A DNA stretch of 23,026 nt from Candidatus Eiseniibacteriota bacterium (GTDB lineage: Bacteria; Eisenbacteria; RBG-16-71-46). A model generated the notes under the pieces. It was not told where the DNA came from and ran no database searches. It saw only the letters and a program-made list of their open reading frames with translations. The position numbers and the translations under genes are program-made. This document shows positions 1 through 7,179 of the stretch, piece after piece (position 1 is the first letter of the stretch; each line of letters opens with the position of its first letter). The DNA lies in contig JANLOX010000232.1 of assembly GCA_031366795.1 (NCBI GenBank), positions 1-23,026 on the forward strand, given 5' to 3'.

Positions 1-1
1 C

Positions 2-1096
2 CCGATCGGCGGCTTCAGCAACGCCAAGTTGTTTTACTCGGTGAACAAGACCCCGTATGTCAGCGCCAACATGCTCCCGACGGGCAACCCGGACGAGTAC
101 GGTGCCGAAATCCCGAATGAATCCTTCGGCGTGGTGCGCTACTACCTCGTGATCACCGATTCTTACGGCGGCACGTTGTCGCTGCCGCCTGGGGCCCCCG
201 CGCTCGACACCTATGAGTACGTGGCGGGGCCGGCCACGACGCTGCTGTTCGACGCGTTCGAGGCGGCGGATGGGTGGGCCACGTCGTACGCCCCCGACAC
301 GCCTGTGGCGGTCACGGGAATTTGGGAGCGGGGCGTGCCGATCGCGTCGCTCGCTCAACCCGGCGCCGACCATTCGCCCTCTGGCACCCAGTGCTATTAC
401 ACCGGCAACGCGCCGGCGGGTTCTGACCCGGGCGTCAATGACGTCGATGGCGGCAAGACCACGCTGGTCACCACGACGTTCAACGCCACCCCGGCCGGGA
501 TCATCAACCCGATCATCAGCTACTGGCGCTGGTACTCAAACGACGTGGGAGACGCCCCAAACGAGGACCCGTGGCGGGTCTTCGTCTCGAACAACAATGG
601 TTCCACCTGGGCGCTCGTCGAGAACACGAAGGCAAGCAGCAGGGGGTGGCAGCGCAATGTGTTCGCAATCAAGGATTACGTGACGCCGACAAGCACGATG
701 AAGATGCGCTTCATGGCGCAGGACACGCTGAACCCATCGATCGTCGAGGCAGCCGTCGATGACTGGTCGATCGTGGGCTACTCCTCGACCTTGGGTGTGC
801 CCACGCCGCCGTCGCTGACCGAGTTCGCCATGCAACCGGCGTGGCCCAATCCCAGCAGCGGCGCCACGCACCTAAGCTTCACGTTGCCCACCTCGAGTCG
901 CGTCGATCTGGCGGTATTCGATCTCGAGGGACGCCGTGTGCGTTCGCTGCTGGCGGCGGAGCAACCGCCGGGCGCGCACTCGGTCTCATGGGATGGCCGT
1001 GACGGCGTGGGCAAGCGCGTCGCCAGCGGGCCATACTTCGTGAGGCTCACCCGAGGCGGCCAGACGGTCTCACGCGCAGTCGTGTTGATGCGCTGA
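2..1096 (+). CDS. 5'-truncated secreted/surface protein with a beta-sandwich domain and a C-terminal FlgD-Ig/T9SS-type sorting domain
   Basis: Frame is open from the window edge (ccg atc ggc...). Beta-rich, Thr/Gly/Asn-rich body (YWRWYSND...EAAVDD). Tail WPNPSSG...VFDLEGRRVRSL...WDGRDGVGKRVASGPYFVRL is the typical FlgD_ig/secretion-tail pattern. Confidence 0.8.
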   Translation, partial: PIGGFSNAKLFYSVNKTPYVSANMLPTGNPDEYGAEIPNESFGVVRYYLVITDSYGGTLSLPPGAPALDTYEYVAGPATTLLFDAFEAADGWATSYAPDTPVAVTGIWERGVPIASLAQPGADHSPSGTQCYYTGNAPAGSDPGVNDVDGGKTTLVTTTFNATPAGIINPIISYWRWYSNDVGDAPNEDPWRVFVSNNNGSTWALVENTKASSRGWQRNVFAIKDYVTPTSTMKMRFMAQDTLNPSIVEAAVDDWSIVGYSSTLGVPTPPSLTEFAMQPAWPNPSSGATHLSFTLPTSSRVDLAVFDLEGRRVRSLLAAEQPPGAHSVSWDGRDGVGKRVASGPYFVRLTRGGQTVSRAVVLMR

Positions 1097-1118
1097 TCGA
1101 ATCGCTGCGAAGGAATGA

Positions 1119-1163
1119 AGAGGGCGCCTGACCATCAGCCGGTCACGCGCCCTCTCCTGTTTT
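1119..1163 (+). terminator. Probable intrinsic terminator between convergent genes
   Basis: Inverted repeat AGAGGGCGC-CTGACC...GGTCA-C-GCGCCCTCT followed by CCTGTTTT, about 20 nt after the stop at 1096. Confidence 0.65.
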
Positions 1164-1217
1164 GCGGAGCCCGGCCATGCGGAACCGGCTCGTAGGCTTG
1201 CCCCGGGCGCGTCTCGG

Positions 1218-3245
1218 CTATTCCACCGAGAAGGTGACGCTCACCCCTCGCGGTGCCGCGGGCAGGAAACGCTGCTCGCCAAAGCCGCCGATGAACCCGG
1301 ACTCTGCGTAACGGCGGTCGAACAGGTTCTGGAGCCTGGCGCCCGCGTGGATGCGGCCAGTGTGCGCCTGCGCGCCTAGGTCCCACTCCGCGACGGCGCC
1401 AAGGCGCTGCGTCTCGCCCTTGTCGAGGAAGCGGCGGCCGATCAACCTGCTTCCCGCCTCCACCGACCACCACGGCTGCGGCGTCCAACTCAGCGAGGCA
1501 TTGCCAGTGCCCAGCGGCACGCCGTTGATTTGGCGGCCATCGTGGTCGCCGCCGTCGAACGTCGTCGGCGTATAGGCGCCGCCGAACCGGGCAGCCAGAT
1601 GGCCCTGCAACGGGCACGCGAGGCTCGCTTCGATGCCGCGGTGCCAGCTCTTCGAGATGTTCGCGTAGCTCAGCGTGTTGAGATCAAAGTCGATCTCATT
1701 GCGCACGCCCATCGAGTAGCCGGTCAACTGCGCGGTCCAGCCATCGCCACGATCCCAGCGTCCCCCCAATTCGAGATTCACCGCGGTCTGCGGATCGAGC
1801 TGGCCATTCGAGATCAATAGGGCACTCGGCCCGAAGAAGAATGGCCGCTGGTCGTATAGCTGGAACAGGGTCGGCACACGGAACGCCGTGCTCATGTTGC
1901 CATACGCGGTGCCATGCGTGCCCAACTGCAGCGTGAGACCCAGCAAGGGGCTGAATGCCGACAGCGTGCGCGTCTTTGTCCTGGTTCCGGCGATTACATC
2001 GGCGGAGTGCACCTGTGTGATGTCCCCGCGCACGCTGAGCCGGGCCACGGTACGCGAATCGAGTTCAAGGCGCGCGCCCAGCGTCGCGGCACCCATCGAA
2101 CGCGTGCTGCGGGTGCGGGCGAGCGCCGCGCCACGGCCCAGATCCGGGTCGAACGCTTCGTATTGAGATCGCAGGCTCGACTGCTCGCCCGTCGCTTCTC
2201 CCTGCCACACCACGCGGACGCCGCTAAGGTTCGAGTGCGCCCGCCATGCGAGCGAGGCGCCACCGGTGGTGCCGAGCGTGTGGTGGAACTGGGACTGGAA
2301 GAACAGGGTCTGGACCTGGTCGGCGTCCTCGTGGCTCACATAGGGCTTGAACGCCCACGCCGGCTCCGGCCCCGGGCTCGCCTGTACGCTCGCCCCGAGA
2401 CTGCCGCGGCGCGAGTGCTTGAAGTCGATGCGCGAATCCGCATTCGCTGGATTCGCGTCGAAGTCCTGCTGCGTCAGCGCCCCCGGATCCTGCCGGTTGG
2501 CGTCGAGCACGGTCATGTCGATCCGCCACTCGCGGCTACTCCGGCGCATCACGGCTTCGCCGCTGCCGCCATACACGCGTTCGCGGCTGTGCGTGCGCCA
2601 GCCGTCGACCTCACGCGCGAGCGCGCTCGCGCCGAAGCTCGCACCGCCCCAGGGCCCGCTGATCCCGGCATCTCCCCCGCGCAGCCCGAAGCTGCCCGCT
2701 CGCGCCTGCGCGCGTGTGACGAATTGGCCGGACACCGGCGTGCGCACGACATTGACGATGCCGCCTTCGCTCGCGTCGCCGTAGGCCCACGCACCGGGAC
2801 CCTGCACCACTTCGATGCGCTCGATCGCACCCGGAGCGATCCAGTCCCAATCCACGTTGCCGTTCTCGAGGTCGCGCACGTCGCGGCCATCGACGAGTAA
2901 TTTGAGATATGAGCTTTCCCCGCTGGCGGTGAAGCCCCGCGGGTCCACGATCGTGGCGTCCCCGCTCGAGGTCTCGCCGTAGGAGAACAACCCCGGCACC
3001 GTCTGCAGCAAGGTCGACAACCGCGTGGAGCCGGCGCGCCGGATATCGTCGCGGGACAGCACGAACGCTGCCGCAGGAATATCCTCGAGACGGTCCCGTC
3101 CCTTGAGCGCCGTGACTTCGACGCCTGGAATGGGAACCACCATCGTGTCCGCGGTAGCACCAGCCGCGGCGACCGTTCCCGGCACCGCACAGGGGCTCGC
3201 GGCCAGCAATCCCGCCATCACCCACATTCCTGCGACATGCTTCAC
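1218..3245 (-). CDS. TonB-dependent outer membrane receptor
   Basis: Signal peptide; plug motifs (LLQTVPG, RGF, LLVDG, IERIEVVQGPGAWAYG..GGIVNVV); barrel end NLFDRRY...PRGVSVTFSVE. GTG start at 3245 is preceded by AAAGGA (ORF track starts at 3272). Confidence 0.92.
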   Translation of the reverse strand: MKHVAGMWVMAGLLAASPCAVPGTVAAAGATADTMVVPIPGVEVTALKGRDRLEDIPAAAFVLSRDDIRRAGSTRLSTLLQTVPGLFSYGETSSGDATIVDPRGFTASGESSYLKLLVDGRDVRDLENGNVDWDWIAPGAIERIEVVQGPGAWAYGDASEGGIVNVVRTPVSGQFVTRAQARAGSFGLRGGDAGISGPWGGASFGASALAREVDGWRTHSRERVYGGSGEAVMRRSSREWRIDMTVLDANRQDPGALTQQDFDANPANADSRIDFKHSRRGSLGASVQASPGPEPAWAFKPYVSHEDADQVQTLFFQSQFHHTLGTTGGASLAWRAHSNLSGVRVVWQGEATGEQSSLRSQYEAFDPDLGRGAALARTRSTRSMGAATLGARLELDSRTVARLSVRGDITQVHSADVIAGTRTKTRTLSAFSPLLGLTLQLGTHGTAYGNMSTAFRVPTLFQLYDQRPFFFGPSALLISNGQLDPQTAVNLELGGRWDRGDGWTAQLTGYSMGVRNEIDFDLNTLSYANISKSWHRGIEASLACPLQGHLAARFGGAYTPTTFDGGDHDGRQINGVPLGTGNASLSWTPQPWWSVEAGSRLIGRRFLDKGETQRLGAVAEWDLGAQAHTGRIHAGARLQNLFDRRYAESGFIGGFGEQRFLPAAPRGVSVTFSVE

Positions 3246-3296
3246 GTGGAATCCTTTCGCAGCCGGCCGCACCCCGCTCGAGGGCGCAGCATTGGG

Positions 3297-3725
3297 CTAG
3301 GCCTCGAGCGCGGCGTCGAGTGTGATGTCGATGTGGCTGAGTAGGCGCGAAATCGGGCAGCCGGCCTTGGCGCCGTCCGCTGCCGCCTTGAACTGTTCCG
3401 CCGTGGCGCCGGGCACTTTGGCCTTCATTTCCAGATGGACGCCCGTCACCGACCAGCCGGCGTCCAGCTTCTCGAAGTTGAGCGTCGCCTTCGTGCGGAT
3501 CCAGTCCGCGGTCAGACCCGCGCCAGCCAACTGGCCCGCGAACGCCATCGAGAAACAGCCTGCATGGGCAGCCGCGATCAATTCTTCTGGATTCGTCTCG
3601 GTGCCGTCCGCGAAGCGCGAGCGGAACGAGTAGGCCTGGTTCGCGAGCGCGCCACTCTCCGATGAGACGGTGCCCGTGCCCTGCTGCAGTGTTCCTGTCC
3701 ATTCAGCCGATGCGTGACGCTTCAT
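3297..3725 (-). CDS. osmC: OsmC family peroxiredoxin
   Basis: TNPEELIAAAHAGCFSM and GCPIS supply the two catalytic Cys; 142 aa; GGAGG RBS. Confidence 0.95.
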   Translation of the reverse strand: MKRHASAEWTGTLQQGTGTVSSESGALANQAYSFRSRFADGTETNPEELIAAAHAGCFSMAFAGQLAGAGLTADWIRTKATLNFEKLDAGWSVTGVHLEMKAKVPGATAEQFKAAADGAKAGCPISRLLSHIDITLDAALEA

Positions 3726-3783
3726 GCGAATCCTCCATGGCGTTGGAATCCAGCGCCCATCGCGGGGTCGTGTGACGGTGATT

Positions 3784-5226
3784 TCAGAACGGAGCAGCCT
3801 GCTCCGTGGATGGCTCCGCTCAGCAGTACCACGGCTCGGTAAGGTAGGGAATCAGGGTGGCGTCGTGGTGCAGTCCACTGGGCTCCCGCACGGCTTCGGT
3901 CCATCCCTCGAAAACGCGTTGCCGGATCCGCTCGAACAGTTCCAGGCGCGTCAGCCCCGCGGCGGCACCCTGCTCGACCAGCCGGAACAGGTCCCGTTGC
4001 AGCGCGTCGATGGCGGGATCAGGATGCCGCCACGGATACACGAGCGCTTCCGCATCGAACGGCCCCACCTGTTCGCGGATCTCGGGCAGTTCGAGGAGGA
4101 GCGAACCGGCGGGAATCAGCAGCCGGATCGCCAGCTGGACAGGCGCCACGGCGGCCGCCAGCCCCTCGCTTTCCAGCGTTTCGAGCAGATCGCGCAGGGC
4201 AGCCCGGCTCGTCCACGGCGTGAACGGCATGAACGTCGGGCTGAGCGAAAGCCCATGGTCTCGAAACGCCGCGACGACCGCGAGGAAATCTGCGCGCGTG
4301 TGGCCCTTGTCGAGCCGGCTCAACACCGCGTCGTCCAGCGACTCGACGGCGCTGGTGACGAAGGCGCACCCGGTATCGCGCAAGGCCACGAGGTGTTGGC
4401 GATGCGCGAGCAGGTGCTCGATCTTGATCGTCACGTCGTAAGTGATGTGGGGATGCTCCTCGTGCAGCGCACGTACCAGCGGCAGCGCGTGCCCGATGCC
4501 ATTCCAGAAGTCGGGATCGCCGAACGTGATGTGCGTGGCGCCCGCCCGCACCTGGCGCCGCACATCCTCGAGCACTACGTCGCGCGGGACGATGCGGAAG
4601 CGGCCGTCATAAACGGGCACGATCGGGCAATGGCGGCAACGGTGCTTGCAGCCGCGGCTCGCCTCGGTCGCGCCCACCAGCCGCAGGGAACCGTCGCGAT
4701 CGCGCAGCTGGGCGTAGCGCTCGAGCCGCGGCAGCCCATCGCGATTCGGAGCGCGGAAGGCCAGGCGCTCGAACGATGTGACGACCCGCGCGGCGGAAGA
4801 CGTTTCGGCTTGGGATGCCGGCGCGTGGATGAAATCAGGTATTGAGCCCGCCACCCCGCGAGCCGCGAGTCCATTGACGAAATCCAGCAACTCCTGCTCG
4901 AACTCGCCACCCAGCACGGCCGTAGCACCCAGCCCCTGCAACATCGCGGCATTGACCGGCGCGTACAGGCCGAAGAAACACAGGGCCGCCGCGGGATTCA
5001 GCTTCCGCAGGCGAGGCAGATGGCGAACCGCGAGCCGCGTCGCCGTGTGCATCGGCAGGTGGAACGCGATGACATCCGTTCCCGCCGGCAGCGCATCGCC
5101 CTTGGACTCGACCGCGAGGTCGAGCAGCGTGACGTCGTGACCGGCCTGCCTCAGCCATGCTGCCGGTGAGGCCAGCCCAAACGGCTGGCGGCCGAGGTCA
5201 TACGTCGATACGAGAACGACGCGCAT
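3784..5226 (-). CDS. CUAEP-tail radical SAM selenoprotein (B12-binding-like N-terminal domain), 480 aa with Sec at residue 469
   Basis: SRGCKHRCRHC is the CxxxCxxC motif. The C-terminus reads tgg tac tgc TGA gcg gag cca tcc acg gag cag gct gct ccg ttc TGA = WYC-U-AEPSTEQAAPF*. In-frame TGA at 3820-3822, next stop at 3784-3786. Confidence 0.9.
3789..3807 (-). promoter_or_regulatory. Candidate bacterial SECIS element
   Basis: Perfect hairpin ACGGAGCA-GGC-TGCTCCGT (or a 7-bp stem with an AGGCT loop) starting 12 nt after the in-frame TGA, with G in the apical loop. Confidence 0.75.
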
Positions 5227-5234
5227 GGACAGGA

Positions 5235-5831
5235 CTAATCCCCGTAGGGAGAACGGCCCCCCTTGGAGGGACGGAAGTAGGGATTGCGGCCGTCGGCGTG
5301 GTCCGTGGTATCGACGACGCCCACGATCGAGGGCACCAACTCACGGATGCGCACTTCGATGCCCTGCTTGAGCGTGACATCCGCCATACCGCAGCCCTGG
5401 CAACCGCCTCCCAACTGGATGAAGGCCGTCGCATCGCGCACGTCGAGCAAGGTGATGACACCCCCGTGCGACGCCACGGCGGGGTTGATGTCGTCGTCGA
5501 TCACCTTCTGGACCGCGAGTGCCACCGGGTCGGCCCACAGGGGATTCGGGTTGTCGATCTTGAAGCCGCTCTGCCCCTCCTGCTCGACGAAGTCGATGGT
5601 GGCGCCGGCAAGGTTTGGGGCGCTCTGCGGGTCGACCAACACGACCAGTGCCCCGACCGTCACGACCACGTCGTCCGCGCCCTGTTCGGCGCGATCGGCG
5701 AACGCCAGCTGGTACAGGAACACACCCTGTCCGCGGCCCTTCACGCCGAATCGCAGCGCGAGTCCGTCCTTGCCTTGCGCCCTTATCATCTCGAGAATTT
5801 TGTCGCGGGCCACGTCGGTCACGGTGATCAT
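5235..5831 (-). CDS. nfuA: Fe-S biogenesis protein NfuA (degenerate A-type carrier domain plus NifU C-terminal domain)
   Basis: MITVTDVARDKI...GATIDFVE...GFKIDNPN then INPAVASHGG...GGGCQGCG (CxxC). ATG at 5831 with AGGAG RBS; the longer ORF-track start overlaps the upstream gene. Confidence 0.9.
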   Translation of the reverse strand: MITVTDVARDKILEMIRAQGKDGLALRFGVKGRGQGVFLYQLAFADRAEQGADDVVVTVGALVVLVDPQSAPNLAGATIDFVEQEGQSGFKIDNPNPLWADPVALAVQKVIDDDINPAVASHGGVITLLDVRDATAFIQLGGGCQGCGMADVTLKQGIEVRIRELVPSIVGVVDTTDHADGRNPYFRPSKGGRSPYGD

Positions 5832-5862
5832 GGTCACTCCTGGGGCTGATTGAATTCGGGCG

Positions 5863-7092
5863 TTACTCGGTATGGATTTCGAAACGCAACTGGCCGTGAG
5901 CCTTACGCAAGGCGGATTCTGCGTCTTCCGGAGACGCTCCGTGTGTGAACAGGAATCCGAGGTAGCGATGGCCCTCGGGCGGAGCCAGCACCGGATGCCC
6001 GATGGGAATGGTGATCCGGACCTCGTCCACACCGGGAACCGCCAAGGCTCCTTCGATGCCGTGCACACCGTGAAGGATCCCGGATTTAGGCACCGGGACC
6101 ATCATCACCCCGCGGGATTCGGTCTCCCGTTGCCAGTTCTCGACATCCTCGCCCACGGCATGTCGCAGCAGCAATTCCTCGAGCGTGTGCCCCTCACCGA
6201 AGCGCAACGCCCGCGAACATAGCCCTCCAATCGAGCGGGGCGCAATCTCCAGCGGCCAACAGCCCGCCGCATTCAAGCGCACTTCGGCGTGCACGGGGCC
6301 CTGCGTCAGCCCGAGTGAGGCAGCCATCGCCGCGACCTGTCGCGTCGCGGCCTCGAGCTGCCCGCGAGTGTGGCGGGACGGCGTGACGTAGATCGTTTCC
6401 TCGAACGCCGGACCCTCGAGGGGGTCAGGCTTGTCGAACACCGCCAGCACACGCAGTTCCCCGCGGGTGAGCAGGCCCTCAACGGCGATCTCGTCGCCGG
6501 GCACGTACTCCTCGACCAGTACTTCGGCGTCGCTCCCCTCGAGCCCCGCGTCCGCCATGACGTGCACCACGCGCTGGAACGCCGCGGCGAATTCCGCGGG
6601 GGAATTCGCGCGCAGCACACCCCGGCTCGCCGAGAGCGTCGGAGGCTTGAGCACACACGGGTAGTGCAACTGCGACGCGATGGTCCGGGGGTCGGTCGCT
6701 ACAGGCCAGATCTCGAACCACGGCGGAGGCACGCCCGCTTCGGCGAGCACAGCCCGCATCAACCGCTTGTCCCGCGCCTGCTCCACCGCGCGCAGCGGCG
6801 AGCCGGCGTGGCCCAACGCTTCGCCAATCGCAGCAGCGGCGCGCAGGCCATCGTCGTCGCAGGCGAGCACAGCAGTGAGCGGATAGCGCTCATGGAACGG
6901 GCGCGCCGCGAGCACTGCTGCGGCAACATTCACGAAATCGAGCGGCAACACCCCTTGCGGGTTTGCCATGGAGATCCAGGAATCGTGGTCACTCCCCACA
7001 ACAGCCATGAACCCGAGCCGCTGGGCGGCATCGAGGAACGCCTGCGCCTTGTAGGAGCGGGTGCCCATAACGAGAAGAACGCGCGTGTCCAT
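5863..7092 (-). CDS. ATP-grasp domain protein (L-amino acid ligase-like)
   Basis: ARDKRLMR, YPCVLKP..LSASRGV, VLVEEYVPGDEIAVEG, GPVHAEVRL, LEIAPRSIGG, plus a C-terminal LAL-type domain. Confidence 0.9.
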   Translation of the reverse strand: MDTRVLLVMGTRSYKAQAFLDAAQRLGFMAVVGSDHDSWISMANPQGVLPLDFVNVAAAVLAARPFHERYPLTAVLACDDDGLRAAAAIGEALGHAGSPLRAVEQARDKRLMRAVLAEAGVPPPWFEIWPVATDPRTIASQLHYPCVLKPPTLSASRGVLRANSPAEFAAAFQRVVHVMADAGLEGSDAEVLVEEYVPGDEIAVEGLLTRGELRVLAVFDKPDPLEGPAFEETIYVTPSRHTRGQLEAATRQVAAMAASLGLTQGPVHAEVRLNAAGCWPLEIAPRSIGGLCSRALRFGEGHTLEELLLRHAVGEDVENWQRETESRGVMMVPVPKSGILHGVHGIEGALAVPGVDEVRITIPIGHPVLAPPEGHRYLGFLFTHGASPEDAESALRKAHGQLRFEIHTE

Positions 7093-7107
7093 GCGGCAAG
7101 GTTACCA
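7093..7107 (-). promoter_or_regulatory. Extended -10 promoter, likely giving a leaderless mRNA for the ATP-grasp gene
   Basis: Minus strand reads TGG-TAACCT-TGCCGC-ATG; no Shine-Dalgarno; a terminator lies immediately upstream. Confidence 0.5.
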
Positions 7108-7111
7108 CGGC

Positions 7112-7158
7112 AAAAACGAACCGGTCGATCGCACCCGATTGCGGGGCGATCGGCCGGT
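7112..7158 (-). terminator. Intrinsic terminator after the repeat-protein gene
   Basis: Minus strand ACCGGCCGATCGC-CCCG-CAAT-CGGG-T-GCGATCGACCGGT followed by TCGTTTTT. Confidence 0.75.
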
Positions 7159-7179
7159 GACCGGCGGGGGATGCCCGGG

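Noticed and set aside
3820..3822. TGA as the true stop, or a nonsense mutation (pseudogene), of the radical SAM gene
   Set aside because: The C-TGA-AEP context and the correctly placed hairpin fit Sec recoding better; the rest of the gene is intact.
3722..3904. 60-aa minus-strand ORF as a RiPP precursor for the radical SAM/ATP-grasp pair
   Set aside because: It overlaps the radical SAM 3' end and SECIS in another frame, has no clear RBS and shows no precursor-like pattern.
5832..6068. N-terminal extension of NfuA in the ORF track
   Set aside because: It overlaps the ATP-grasp gene; a good RBS and the family N-terminus lie at ATG 5831.
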